A stretch of DNA of 64,000 nucleotides from Lama guanicoe (taxonomy: Eukaryota): the NCBI GenBank assembly GCA_013239625.1, contig MU053629.1, forward strand, positions 2,135,567 through 2,199,566, written 5' to 3'. The translations under genes and the position numbers were made by a program. Shown here piece by piece: positions 1 to 12,850 of the stretch. Position 1 is the stretch's first letter. Each line of letters starts with the position of its first letter. Under the pieces are notes generated by a model that had not been told where the DNA came from, made no database searches, and worked only from the letters and a program-made list of their open reading frames with translations.

Positions 1-590
1 GTGTACAGCATAATAGTGACTCATTTGTACTTACGTATATATTCCTTTTCATATTCTTTTTCATTATAGGCAATAACGAATTTGTGTTTTTTCTGTATAT
101 GTATATATATATATATATTTATTGAAGTATAGTCAGTTTACAATGTTGTGTCAACATTACAAGGTACTGAATATAGTTCTCTGTGCTATGCAGTAGGACC
201 TTGTTGTTTATCTATTTTCTATATAGTAGTTAGTATCTATAAATCCCTAATTCCCAATTTATCCCTCCCCACCCCCTCTCCCCACTGGTAAGCATAAGTT
301 TGTTTTCTATGTTTGTGAGTCTGTCTCTGTTTGTTTGTTTGTTTTTTAAGATTCCACAAATAAGTGATATCATACATTATTTTTCTTTCTCTTTCTGGCT
401 TACTTCACTTAGTATGACGATCTCCAGGTCCATCTGTTGCTGCAAATGGCATTTTTCATGGCTGAGTAGTATTCCATTGTGTGTGGGTATGTGTGTATGT
501 GTATCACAACTTCTTTATCCCATCATCTGTTGATGGGTATTTAGGTTGCTTCCATGTCTTGGCTATTGTAAATATTGCTGCTATGAACAA
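1..590 (-). mobile_element. L1 3' end (3'UTR plus ORF2 C-terminal remnant) with a second short L1 tail nested at about 71-155
   Basis: Typical antisense L1 3' motifs (attgaagtatagtcagtttacaatgttgtgtcaa; agattccaca..taagtgatatcata; ggctgagtagtattccattg) shared with other copies in the window. Confidence 0.9.
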
Positions 591-609
591 TATAATCTAC
601 ATGTATTAT

Positions 610-1565
610 AGATCATGTTTTTGTTGTCAAGTCCTAAGAATCTTTGCCTAGCCCTAGATCCTGAAGATTTTCTCCTATGTTTCTTCTAAAAGTTTTATAG
701 TTTAATGTTTTATACTTAAGCCTGTGATCTATTCTGAGTTAATTCTTATACAGAGTGTGAGGTTTAGGTTGCAGTTTATTTTGTGTGTGTGCGCCTATGG
801 ATGTCAGTTGCCCTAGCACTATTTTTGAAAAGGTTATTCTTCCTTCATTGAATTACTTTTGCACCTTGGTCAAAAATCATTTGAGCATGCTTGTATACGT
901 CTATTTCTGGGTTCTCTGCTCTGTTGCATTGATCTCTGCATCTACCCTTCTGCCAGTTAGTACCACATTGTCTTGTTTACTGTATAAGCCTTAATGTAGG
1001 GTGAGTGATTCCTCTCACTTTATTTTTCTTTGTCAAGATTGTTTTAGCTTTGGCTTATCTGTATCTGCAACAAACCTTGCTCAGATTTTGATAGGAATTG
1101 CACTAACTTTAGCTTATCTATATCTATAACAGACCTTTGTAGGATTTTGTTAGGAATTGCACTAAGGGGAGAATTGACATCTGTCTTTTAAGTTTAGTTA
1201 AGTGTTTTTGGTCTTATAGAAGTTTATATAATGAAATTGGTAGGTTTTCTTTTTTTAAAAAGACTCCTGAATTTCATGTCTAATTTAAATAGAACTTCCT
1301 CTCCCCAAGATTATAACACTATTAACCTGTATTTTTTTCTTTACTCGAAGCATTTTGGTTTTAAAATTAGTTTTTTAAACCATCTGGTATTTATTTTGGT
1401 ATCCTGTAGAAATCTAATATTCTTTTTTTTTTTTGAACCCAATTGGAAAGTCAATTGCCTCATCATTTACTGATTATTATTCATAGTTTTTCATTGATTT
1501 GAGATGCCATCTTTGTCATAACCTAAATTGTTATATATATTTGAGTTTGTTTCTGGGCTGTCTTG
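610..1565 (-). mobile_element. Old L1M ORF2 fragment, degraded
   Basis: Antisense L1 motifs ttttctcctatgtttcttctaaaagttttatagttt and gattttgataggaattgcac; the right part is very diverged. Confidence 0.75.
1048..1165. repeat. Diverged tandem duplication, 2 x 59 bp
   Basis: Units 1048-1106 and 1107-1165 both read cttt(g/a)gcttatct...gattttg(a/t)taggaattgcactaa; about 10 mismatches by eye. Confidence 0.9.
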
Positions 1566-1649
1566 TCATTCCAGTAATCTATTACATCATCATATCACAC
1601 ATTTAATGATCTGTTGTGAGCCTATGAGACATTGTAATGTCTAGGAGGA

Positions 1650-1895
1650 GGCATATCATGATAGTTAAGAGCTTAACTTGGTGGTTAGACTGCCTTGTTG
1701 AATGCTAGTTCCACCTTTACCAGCTAGATGACTTAGTGCGAGTTATTTAAATTCTCAGGAGTTCAATATCGTCTGTAAAATGAGGATTATAATGTTACAT
1801 ACATTATAGGGTTATTGTGAGGATTAAAAACATTAATATATGTAAAGCTCTTAATGCTATGTAACATAGTAAGTGTCATGTAAGAGTTAGACTGT
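1650..1895 (+). mobile_element. MIR SINE
   Basis: Core tctgtaaaatgaggattataat...gggttattgtgaggattaaa...catagtaagtg. Confidence 0.85.
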
Positions 1896-2449
1896 TGTTA
1901 ACAGGGCAAAGTTGTGCTCACATTCCTTCTTTCTAGACTAGCTTTAAAAAGATTTTTTATTCTTCCTGAAATCCAGTTCAGCTGTTGATTGGAATTACAT
2001 TGGCTTTATAGATTTAGTTTGAGGGAGAAATGGTCTTTATAGTAACATCATTATTGTTATCATTGTATAATACTGGTTTACTACCTAAGAACATGGCATA
2101 ATATCTTCATTTTCTCAAGTATAGGGTCTTGTGTCAGTTCTGGCTTAATAGATAGAATGTTTTTTGTTCTCATACAGTCCAAAACAAAAAGAGAGAAAAT
2201 TATTGACATTACTGGCTTGCTTTTTCCCTAGAAGAGCAACAATAGAAAAATCTGATGCCATAGACTACATCACTAGGTGATACATAGATGTTTCAACCTA
2301 TGTTGGTTGGTTAACACATCTTCTCAGTGTTGTCTCACATTTCTTTATCCTCACGTGTGTGAGTGAGTGAATAAAGAAGAAAAACTCAAGGAATGTTAAC
2401 CTTTGGAATGGTAATAATAAAGCTCAGAATATATGTGAAAAAACATGTA

Positions 2450-3480
2450 TATATATATGAATATTATAAGCTTACAGCTCAGTGCATTTTCATGATTTGA
2501 ACACACTCTTGTGTACCAAGATGAAGAAATAAAACATTACTAGCCCCTGAAAACTTCCTTTTTGCTGCCTTCTAGTCACAAGCCCACTAAGGTTAACCAC
2601 TATGCTGACTTCTAACAGCGTATGTTATTTGCCTGTTTTTATTTTTTTTATTGAGGTATAGTTAATGTACAACATTTTATTAATTTTAGTTGTACAGCAT
2701 AGTGATTCATAGTTTTTAAAGGTTATACTCCATTTATAGTTACTATAAAATATTGGCTATATTCCCTGTGTTGTACAATATATTCTTAAAGCTTACCTTA
2801 TACATAGTAGTTTGTACCTCTTAATCCCCTACCCCTATCTTGTGCTCTGTTCCTTCCTCCCATTGGTAACCACTAGTTTGTTCTCTGTATCTGTGAATCT
2901 ATTTCTTTTTTGCTATAGTTACTAGTTTGTTGTAATTTTTAGATTCCACATATAAGTGATATACAGTATTTGTCTTTCTCTGACTGACTTGTTTCACTAA
3001 ATGTAATACCCTCCAAGTCCATCCATGTTGTCATAAATGGCAAAACTTCTTTTTTATGGCTGAGTGGTATTCCATTGTGTGTGTACGTACCACATCTTCT
3101 TTATCCATTTATTTGTTGATGGACACTTAGGATGGCAATCGTAAATAATGCTGCTATGAACATTGGGGTGCGTGTATCTTTTCAGATTAGTGTTTTCTTT
3201 TTTTTTTTTTTTTGATATATACCCAAGAGTGAAATTACTGGTTCCTATGGTAGTTCTATTATTTATAGTTTTTGAGAAACCTCCATATTGTTTTCCACAG
3301 TGGCTGCACCAATTTATGTTCCCACCAACAGTGTATTTTTATTTAAACAGACTCTTACACTTTTGAGCATGTGAGAGTCATACAGTTAATTGCATGTAGT
3401 TGTAATTTGTTCACTTTCATTGATCTATAGTATTTCATTGTGAGAATGTCACAATTTGTTTAATCATTCTATTGATGAAT
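2450..3480 (-). mobile_element. Old L1ME-type 3' end interrupted by a younger L1 (2640-3334)
   Basis: Flanking pieces aaggttaaccactatgctgacttctaaca and ttgcatgtagttgtaatttgttcactttcattg are old L1 3'UTR motifs. Confidence 0.6.
2640..3334 (-). mobile_element. 5'-truncated L1 (3'UTR plus ORF2 end)
   Basis: T-rich tail followed by attgaggtatagtt...ggtaaccactagtttgttctctgtatctgtg...ttttccacagtggctgcaccaattta. Confidence 0.9.
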
Positions 3481-3864
3481 AACTTTTCAGGGTACCTCTC
3501 ACCCATTTTTTAATATTACAGGGACTATGAACATTTTCTGAAATATACTGATGAGGAAGTCTGAAAATTCTTATTTTAGTACAGAATTGTTTATCCCTAG
3601 GCGTCTATTTGGAAGTACCTACTGCTACTTTGGGTGACAGTATTTAGATTTAAGTTACTGAGAAAAGTCAAGTATTACCATCCATTTATAAAAATAATTG
3701 CTGTTACTTCTTTCTGTAATACTTGTGTTATTTTAATTGAATATAATTTTTGTTTTCTTCTAAGGTACTATGCTTTTATTTAGAATGTAGTGTTTTACAT
3801 AAATATGTCTTTAATACTTTGGAAGATGGAATAATTCAATACATATAATGAACTTTTTTTTTTA

Positions 3865-4288
3865 TGCTGCCAATTATCTGAGCCTCTGCCCTTTTGGGAG
3901 TTTCCTCACCTTATAAGTCCAATGTCCATGGTAAAATCAGAAAATGCCAGATGTTTACTTTACCCTCTGTGTTAACAACAGGGTTTTGAGACCTTGACCC
4001 AAGACTCACCAACTGATTATGTCATTCCTGATATTTTCAATCAGTCCCTGATGGCAGGGGACGATGGAAAATTGATTACAGTGGTAGAGGCAACAGTGTC
4101 CTTATCAGACTGATAATGTGGCATGATTTTGTAAATGATTCTGGTTATATAGTCCCTTCCCGTGCCTGCTTGTTTTCTGAGCTTAATTCTTCAGACTTTC
4201 AGGGAGTTCTGTGAATCGGCCACTTTCATCTTTTGCTCAGATCAGCCAGTTAGTTTCTGTAAGTAACCATGAACCATGAGTAATACAG
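3865..4288 (+). mobile_element. Old ERVL-type solo LTR (LTR33-like)
   Basis: 3' end ttttgctcagatcagccagttagtttctgtaagtaaccatgaacc...aataca resembles ERVL/MaLR LTR termini. Confidence 0.55.
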
Positions 4289-4975
4289 TAAGTAGCTGAA
4301 TTTTGAGAGCAGAAACCATAGTACATGTTATTGAGAGACAAAACTCAAGAAATAGTAGATCTTTATTACACAGAAGTATGACAGTTTATATAACACAGAA
4401 TATAAGTGATATAAAGAGGAAGAACCAACGGAAGAGTATTTGAAACAAGTTTATAGAGAAGGTGGAACTCAAATAATGGGTAGAATTTGGATAGAAGAAA
4501 TGTTAGAAAGATACGTGTCTGTCAGGAAAATGTAATGTTAATTATTGTCACTGAGAACTTTTGATTATATTTAGGTAACCCTGCTTCATCCTGGGTGAAA
4601 ATAGGAAAGGGGATATGTTAGGATTATGTGTTAAATAGGCCTGAAAAGTGTGTACTTTCACTATTAGTACTTCTCATAACTGTGTATAAGTGGGAGTGTT
4701 ACAAGTCTGCCTGTGGAAGAATATGTAGACATTGATTTTTACAGAATTTTTTGTTTTCAAGTTCCCTGAAGCCTATCAATTTCTTTTGAGGTCAGATTTT
4801 GCTCTTCTCTCATTTTTTAAACTTTAAAACAACTATTTGATGTGTGATTTACTTTTGAAACTCATACTCCCTGAAATCTCTTCATAACTAGTAATCTTTT
4901 TGGCCATCAGGTGTCCTAAGTCGCAGGGAACATATTGAAGCCTTCTCTTACTTCATTTTGTAAATATGTATTTTT

Positions 4976-5323
4976 TGAGTTTTTAAAATTGAAGTATAGT
5001 TCATGTACAATATTATATAAATTACAGGTGTACCATGCCGTGATTCACAATTTTTAGTTTATACTCCATTTATAGTAAATATAGTAAATTTGGCTGTATT
5101 CCCTGTGTTGTATAGTATATCCTTGTAGCTTATTTTCTACATAATAATTTGTACCTCTGAATCCCCTACCCCTATATTGCCCTTCCCCTCCTCCCTCTCC
5201 CTACTCACTGGTAGCTACTAGTTTGTTCTCTGTATCTGTGAGTCTGTTTCTTTTTTGTTATATTCACTAGTTTGTTGTATTTTTTAGATTCCACATATAA
5301 GTGACATAATACTTGTCTTTCTC
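4976..5323 (-). mobile_element. Short L1 3'UTR insertion with imperfect TSD
   Basis: Same 3'UTR family as 2640-3334; TSD tgtaaatat(gt)attttt at 4959-4975 and 5324-5338. Confidence 0.9.
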
Positions 5324-5831
5324 TGTAAATATATTTTTATAATTGACTTTGTCCAGATAAAAGTAAAGCTTAGTTGAGGCCTGTTCTTCTGCAGCAACTG
5401 GATGGCAAATGAATATCCTTTTTCTTTGCTCACATGATTATTTTGCACACTTTATTGTAGCACTGATTTGTCTTATTCTGTTCTAATTTTTATTTTTATG
5501 TCTGATTCCCTCCCCTTCCGAACCTCCCCCATCCCTGTCTTTGAGCTATTAGATAAGGACCAGGACTCATTTATCTCTGTATCTCCAGTGTCTGCCTTAT
5601 CATTGGGCTCTATAACTTTTTTTTTTAAGATGTAATGAAATATTTCCTTTAAATGCTCTTTGGTAGGAAGTATGAGAAGAATTAAGATTTCCTTTAGCTC
5701 AAAGTTATCATGGACATTAAGTATTGTGTAGCTGACCTGCTATGCTTGTTTGTTTTTGTTTGTTTGAAAGATTTGAGAATTTAAGATACCTCAGTCAAAT
5801 GTGATTTGGCTGTCTAGCAATTTTCAACAAT

Positions 5832-6535
5832 TTTTAAACAGATTTTTATCTTTTAGAACATCTTTAGATTTACAGAAAAGTTGAGATGATAATAGAGAGT
5901 TCCTATATACCCTACACTCAGATTCCCCTACTGTTAATATTTTACTAATTAGTGTGGTACATTTATTAGTATTACTGAACCAGTATTAAAATGTTATTAT
6001 CAACTAACTTTCATACTTTATTCAGATTTCATTAGTTTTTACCAGATGTCCTTTGTCTGTACCAGGATCCCATCCAAGAGACCACACTGCATATAGTTAT
6101 GTCTCCTCAAGCTCCTCTTGGCTGTGACAGATTTCTCAGATTTTCCTTTTTTAATGACTTTGACAGTTTTGAGGCATAGTAATCAGATATTTTGTAGAAT
6201 GGCCCTCAGCTGGTATTTGTCTGATGTTTTTTCTTATGATTAAAATGGAGTGATAGGTTTTGGGAAGAAGGACCAGAGAGGTAAAGTAGCATTTTCATCG
6301 TATCACTTCAAAGGCAAAATACAGCTTACATGGTTTATCACAATTGATACTGATTTTTTTTCCGTTGGCTGAGATAGTGTTTGTCAGGTTTTCTTCACTG
6401 TAGTTACTCTTTTTTCCCTGTTTCTGTAGTCGTTGGAGGGAAGTCACCATGTGTGGTGACTTGAGTGGGGAGTAAAGTGCTCTCCCTCTTTGAGGACAGA
6501 ATATAAACTATCTGGAATTTTCCTGCATGGGTGAT
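5832..6535 (-). mobile_element. Old L1MC-type (L1MC4-like) 3' end
   Basis: tttagatttacagaaaagttg...ccaggatcccatcca...gacagttttgagg; colinear with the copy at 42510-43820. Confidence 0.85.
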
Positions 6536-6536
6536 T

Positions 6537-6621
6537 CTGTTATGCTTTTTTTTTTTAGTGTTTGCATAACTTACTTACTTCATTTATTTATGTATTTATT
6601 TATTTTCCTGTTATGCTTTTT
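6537..6621 (-). mobile_element. Minimal retroposon tail insertion with 14-bp TSD
   Basis: ctgttatgcttttt at 6537-6550 and 6608-6621 flanks a poly(T) plus (TTTA)n-like insert. Confidence 0.75.
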
Positions 6622-7124
6622 GATAACTGATTTATGGTGGTGAAGGAAGGTGAAAAGCTACATGGTGTTTGACAGAACTCCCTAACTCCAAGGATATTGT
6701 CCCAACATTCCTATTTCTGTAGCTAAAGTCATGTTAGGTACTGTAAGTAAACACTGTTAGGCTGTGATTCATTTGTTGAACCTCTTTTTGCTGCCTTGAC
6801 TTTCCTTGAAAATGATATTAGTGAGCCTCTGGAGAATACTGAGAACTTTGTGTACCTATGTCCAAAAAAATATACCTAGGGCTCTGATGGTTTCCAAAGA
6901 TTCAACTTCAGTTTTAAGAAAGGAAGAGGAGGTTTTAATGACTACGTAAAGCCACCTTGAACATTGAAAGAAAATATTTGTTATACTGCTTTAGGAGGCA
7001 AAGACCAAGATCCACTGGAGTGAATGAAAGAAGATATATCTTCATTTTTCCTTAAATGTTAATGTCTGATGCAGTCTCAATAACTACCGTAAATATTTCA
7101 CTGGTTACGTCTATTAGTTTAGAT

Positions 7125-7317
7125 CAGTGGCTCTCAGAGTGTGGGCCCCGGATTAGTGCATCACCACCATATGGAAGCCTGTAAGGAATGCAGGTTTCCA
7201 TTTCCATTCCCAAATCTACCATCTTGGAAGCTCTGGGGTGAGGCCCAGCAATCTGTCAGTCTTAACAGACACATCCCATAATGATTCTGATACCCTCCAA
7301 AGTTTGAGTATCTGGTC
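7125..7317. mobile_element. MER5-like hAT MITE
   Basis: cagtggctctcagagtgtgg...ctctggggtgaggcccagcaatctg...tgattctgat...aaagtttgag. Confidence 0.8.
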
Positions 7318-7499
7318 TGGTTTATTGAGTGTGCATGGTAACCTGGATAGCAGTTTTTAGGGCATGTTGGCTGTTAGTAGCATTTGCTTTTCTTACAGGG
7401 CCGTGAAAATCCTCTTTTTAATCAGGGTGCCTGATTTCTGAGATGTCAGTTTATATTCTTTTCCCTTAAGATCATATTTGTGAGCTGTTATATCTAGAA

Positions 7500-8300
7500 C
7501 AGGGGTTGGCAAACTACAGACTTCAGGCCAAATCAGAGCCGCCACCTCTTTTTGTACAGTCTGAGCTAATTGTTTTAACCTTTTTTTTAAAAACAACCTT
7601 ATTGAGATATAATCCACATACCATAAATTTCACCCATTTAAAGCATTCAATTCAATGGTTTTTAGTATGTTCACAGAGTTGAATAGTTCACCACTATTTC
7701 ATTTTAGAACATTTTATCACCCCAAAAAGAAACCCAGTACCCTTTAGCAATCAGCCTCCACCTGTCCCATCCTTCACCCCCACTCCCACCCTACCCTCAC
7801 CGCCCTAGCCCAGGATAACCACTAATCTTCTTTCTATGCATTTACTTTTTGTGGACACTTCATATAAATGAAGTTATACAATAAATATGTTGTCTTTTGT
7901 GACTGGCTTCTTCCACTTAGCATAGTTTTCAAGGATCATTCATGTTAATAGTATGAGCCAATATTTTATTCCTTCTTATTGCCAAATAATATTCCATCAT
8001 ATGGGTATTCCAATTTTATTTGTCTCTTTGTCAGTTGATGGACATTTGGGTTGATTTTTACATTTTTAAATGGTTGAAAAAAATCAGAAGAGTATTTTAT
8101 GATATGAAAATTATAGGAAATTCATATTTATTGTCCATAAATAAAGTTTTGTCGATATACAGCCACAGTTACTCCTTTATGTATTATCTGTGGCTGTTGT
8201 CATGCTCCAATGAGAGAGCTGAATAGTGACAAACTGTACAGCCTTCAGAGCCTGAGTATTTGCTGTTTGGCCCTTTGTAAGATAGGTTTGCTGACCACTG
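7500..8300 (+). mobile_element. MER58B-like hAT-Charlie element split by an L1
   Basis: Terminal inverted repeats caggggttggcaaac (7500) and gtttgctgaccactg (8300); the internal part resumes at about 8053. Confidence 0.85.
7580..8052 (-). mobile_element. L1MB-type 3' end nested in MER58B
   Basis: tttattgagatataatccacataccataaatttcacccatttaaag...gtcagttgatggacatttgggttg. Confidence 0.85.
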
Positions 8301-8307
8301 ATTGTGA

Positions 8308-8530
8308 AGTGTCTCTAAACCTTTTTCTTCATTATTATTTCTAAGGAGCCTTTTTAGACTTTTTTCCCTACTTGCTTTCCTCCCTATGCAATTTTAGTAC
8401 TAGAGATACACTGTGTATCTGTTTGTGTACTGATGCCCTTTGGTGGAACAAAAACCATCATACTATCCTATGATTTTTTGGTGTGTTTTTTGTCCTCTCA
8501 GGGATGATATTACCCTAATTGAGAGTATCT
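8308..8530. mobile_element. MER112-like hAT MITE
   Basis: ctaaggagcctttttagacttttttcc...gatacactgtgtatctgtttgtgtactg matches the recalled consensus. Confidence 0.6.
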
Positions 8531-8859
8531 ACCCTAGAGTAGTGTGCTGGTTAGGTTAACCTTCCTTTGATACATTAGGAGGTGAAAATATTTTTCAGAT
8601 GGTTTAGATTTCCCTCAGAAATATTTCTAATGTTGAGGTATTTAAACAGTATGTTGTAATGTACTATTAGATCTCTAAGCTAAGAGGTTTGTCTGCATAG
8701 CACACAAGATATTACTATATTGGTGTTTTTAAATTTGGGGAAATTTTGATGAGTCTTCACCAAAATATTTGAGGCTTTTGCTTTAGTTCATAGATTGGCT
8801 TATAAGTAGATTTGGCTATAGGCAGAGACCAGAGAGTTTAATTTTTAAAAATTTTGTCT

Positions 8860-8943
8860 ATATCTCCTCTAAAACAAACAAATAAATAAGTAAACCTAAT
8901 TACCCCTCCAAAAATAAAATTTAAAAAATAAATAAAATTTCTC
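8860..8943 (+). mobile_element. Headless camelid SINE tail with TSD
   Basis: aaataaataagtaaacctaattacccctcc is the SINE 3' part also seen at 48610 and 61666; TSD aaaaatttt(t)gtct at 8847-8859 and 8944-8957. Confidence 0.75.
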
Positions 8944-9235
8944 AAAAATTTTTGTCTGTAAAATGAGAATTTTTATTACCAGCTAGCGTGTGATGCTAGC
9001 TCTCTGCATCTCTCCTCTGCCTTATAATACATTAGAAAAAAGATTCTTTTCTCTTATCTTCCTCCACCCCTCCTCAGCTTCTCTTCTTCCTTTGCGTGTG
9101 TGCTCTTAGAGAGGTAGGAGTAGGCAGGGCTTTGTGAGGATTTGAAGGCTGGAGAGAAGGGCTGGTCAAAAGAGGAGACTAATTTAAAGCATTAGAACAT
9201 AGTGCCAGTTGCCTCTTTTCTTTTTGTCAATTGTT

Positions 9236-9673
9236 CCCTCCCCCTTTTTTAAAAAATTAAGGTATAGTCAGTTTACAATGTTGTGTCAGTTTTTGGTGTA
9301 TAGCATATTTCAGTCATCCATATACATACGTATATTCCTTTTCATATTCTTTTTCGTTATAGGTTACTACAAAATATTGAATATAGTTCCCTGTGCTATC
9401 CAGTAGAAACTTACTATTTATCTGTTTTATATAGTAGTTAGTATCTGCAAATCTCCAACTCCCAATTCATCTCTTCCCATCCCCTTTCCACCCTGGTAAC
9501 CTTAAATTTATTTTCTATGTCTGTGAGTCTGTTTCTGTTTTGTAAATAAGTTCATTTGTGCCTTTTTTTTTTTTTAAGATTCTACATATGAGTGATATCA
9601 TATGGTATTTTTCTTTCTTTTTCTGGCTTGCTTAGAATGACGATCTCCAGGTCCACCCATGTTACTACAGATG
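9236..9673 (-). mobile_element. 5'-truncated L1 3' end with 15-bp TSD
   Basis: TSD tttttgtca(a/g)ttgtt at 9221-9235 and 9674-9688; L1 3'UTR motifs inside. Confidence 0.9.
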
Positions 9674-10389
9674 TTTTTGTCAGTTGTTGATGGCTTTGTG
9701 TTTAGTAATCCAGAATAGGTCATTAATCTTTATGGAAACAGATATGTTTGTTAAATTTAGATTAAAAAAAAACAAAGCAGCAAAAAACAAAATCCAGTTT
9801 AGTCCCCTTCGTCCTCTCCACTACATAGGATATATGAAAAAGTAGAAAGGAGTTGCATTTCTTTGGAAGGAGAATACTTGGTGAAATGGAACATTGCAGA
9901 TGAATTGTACTGGGACATTAACTGATTTTATGCAAAGGGAATTGTTACCCGGGTGGAATCTCTTCTCTTTACCCTTGCCTTTTGGGTCCTACTATTTACT
10001 GAACTTCAGTTTGTTTCTTCTCTTCAGTTGAAGTTTCTCTTGTGAAAGATGAGCCCAGAACTTACTCCCAAATACATGTTTTCTACGCTTTATAAGAGTA
10101 GGAAAACTTAAAAATGGTCTAAAACCACTATTCCTCAGACTTTGAGCTTGTCTTCCAATGTTCATAGGTCTGTTGGGCAAAATTTAAAATATAATTTTGC
10201 CTAAATTTTTTAGGATTGTTTCACAAGTAGTTACTGTGAGAAACAGAAGAAATGATAACCTTTTTCAGGTTCAACTATGAGATTTAAACATTTTTTTTCT
10301 GAAATTTCCTTCCTGACTTAATATTTCTCTATGTTATTTTCTCCCATCATCAAAATGAAGCTTCACCCCTGTAATACTGAAATAAAATT

Positions 10390-11060
10390 TAAATGTTGTC
10401 ACCTTTCAAGGTTCTGTGTACTACATTTCCAATGCTCATTATATTTTAATCAACATGTCTAAAATAGTTATCTTTCTACTTAAACTTGATTATCTATTAA
10501 TATTTCATATCTTGGTGATGCATAGTGCACCATCCACTCAGTGGCTGAAGCTGAAACAGAGAATTTTCCTAGAATCTCTCCTTTTCACTTTTCCAGAGGT
10601 CACAAGTCCTGTGAATGATTCCTCTTAAAAATATCCTCTCTCCTCTTTTAAAGCACACAGTCCTTCAGAATCCCATCCCAGGCTGCTTTTCCCTAGCTTC
10701 CTCTTCTACCACGCCTGCTTTTTTTCAGCCTTACCAGAGTACTTGCAGTTTCCTAGACATGGTCTGGGGTTTTATACCTCCTGTTGTTTCCTGTCATTGT
10801 GCCTTTGTGTATACTTTGTCTCTGCCTAGAATACTTTTCTCTGCCATTTTTGATCAAATAACTTCTAGTTCTACATCGCAAATCAGTGGAAGTTTTACTC
10901 TGGGGATGTTTCCCAAGACCTCATGTGTATTTGTGTCATAACGTTTATCACACCATACTAGATGATCTGATTCTCTCTTTTCCACCTACACTGTACGATC
11001 TTTTCGAGGGCCAGTGTTGTGTCATCTTTATCTTAAGCTCACTGGCTGAATCTCATTCAT
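10390..11060 (+). mobile_element. L2 LINE fragment
   Basis: tcaacatgtctaaaa...gcaccatccactcagtggctgaagc...tgtctctgcctagaatact. Confidence 0.65.
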
Positions 11061-11989
11061 GTTAATAAGAGAAGAATTTCAGTGGAGCAGAAATGTTTTC
11101 AACTTAACCTTTGAACCCATTTATTCCAAGTAATATTTATTAGACCCAAAGTTCAACAAAATCATAGAATTTGAAAGGACTTGGGGCCTTTTGAAGTATA
11201 ATTTGATGTGCTTTATACGTTCACTGATTTTTCGTATTCAGATTCATGCAGAATGTGATTAAGGTAAATTTTGTCAACCAGACAAATGATGCTGAGATTG
11301 GAAGTTCTCTTTTCAGGCTGGTTTTCCTTCCTTTGTGTTGAAAAAGCAGGGAGCACTTTTATTTTATATATATATTTTTTGTTTTTATTTTTTTGGTTAT
11401 ATTGAAGACCTGATTTCTTCCACAACTTCATCTGAAACCCCTTTCCAAGGCCATGGGTTACTGTCATACTTTGCTTAGAGTTTTCTCAACAGCAGTGCCA
11501 GGACTAATCCCTTCTCGTAAATCCTCTAAGCTCTCAGTAAACAAACCCCTTCTTACCAGTTTAGCATGAAATCCATGAGCTAGAAGTACAGAGCAGGTAC
11601 ATGGTTGTTAAAGGGCAATTGGTTTTCAGTCTCCAGATTGCCAGTCATTGCTTTCTCCTCTGCTGTTGGGCCATCCATCAAATTGTAGGTGTTGTGCTGC
11701 TTATTTCAAGGTGGCCCCTAAATGTTGAACAATCGCAGAGAGCTGTGATTTCTTATTATGAAAGAACTATGTACGTGTGGTTTCTGCCACTCTGATTAGT
11801 TGGTACAGGAGAGTAAGACTGGCTGCTTTCAGGATTAAGTGAGACTATAAACCCACTTGTTTCTTGAAGCTTTTGTGTCACTCTTGGAGGTACTTTCAGC
11901 CCTTACTTTTGCAACCAGATCTGCTTGACTAGAGGAGGGAGGGGAAGGGGTTGGTATGGTAAGAAGAGGATCCAGATAATCAGGATTTT

Positions 11990-12850
11990 AAAAAATCAGT
12001 TTATTGAAGTATAATATCCATACAGTAAAAATCACACATTTTAAGTACACAGATTGATGATTTTTGACAAATGAATGCATCTCTGTAACCATCACTCAAA
12101 GCAAGATGTAGAACATTTTAATTTCTTCAGAAAGTTCTTTTGCAACCAACCCCATTGCAGCCAACCACTAATCTCATTTTTTGCACTACAGATTAGTGTT
12201 GCATTCCAGGGTTTTGCATAAAAGGAATTACACAATAACTACTCTTGCTTGTTCACCTGTCTTTGAAATTGTCCTCATTGTTGCATGCATTAGCAGTTTC
12301 TTTATTGTTGAGTACTGTTTCATTGTATGGATAATGGATATACCACAATTTGTTTATTCATCAATTAAAGAAATGTGATAAATTTCTAATGTTGGGCTTT
12401 TATAAATGAAGCCGTAAATTGCTTTTTATAGGTTTCATTTTTCTTGGATAAATACCTAAGAGTGGGATTAACTGGGTCATATGGTAAGTGTTTATTTAAC
12501 TTTATAAGAAACTGGCAAACTATTGCCCTGAGTGGTTGTCCTGTTTTATATACTGATGAACGATGTAGGAGAGTACTAGTTGCTGCAAATCCTTGCCAAA
12601 ACGTGGTATTATCTTTTTCATTGTAGCATTCTAGTGGGTGTGAAGGTAATATCTCATTGTGATTTTAATCTTTCATGTTTTTATGCTGTTCTAAATGATA
12701 TTTTTAAAATTTCATTTTCCTTTTTTAGTATATAAAAATGCAGCTTATTTTTTTATATGACCTAATATCAAAATCATTTATTTCTTCTAGCAATTTTATG
12801 TGTGTGTGTGTTTTGTTTTTAGATTTCCTAGGATTTTCAATATAGCCAGT
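11990..12850 (-). mobile_element. Old L1M 3' portion
   Basis: agtttattgaagtataat...ggataaatacctaagagtgggatt..ctgggtcatatggtaagtg. Confidence 0.85.

Noticed and set aside
8981..9001. AGCTAGC-n7-GCTAGCT inverted repeat
   Set aside because: Arms are too short to be significant.
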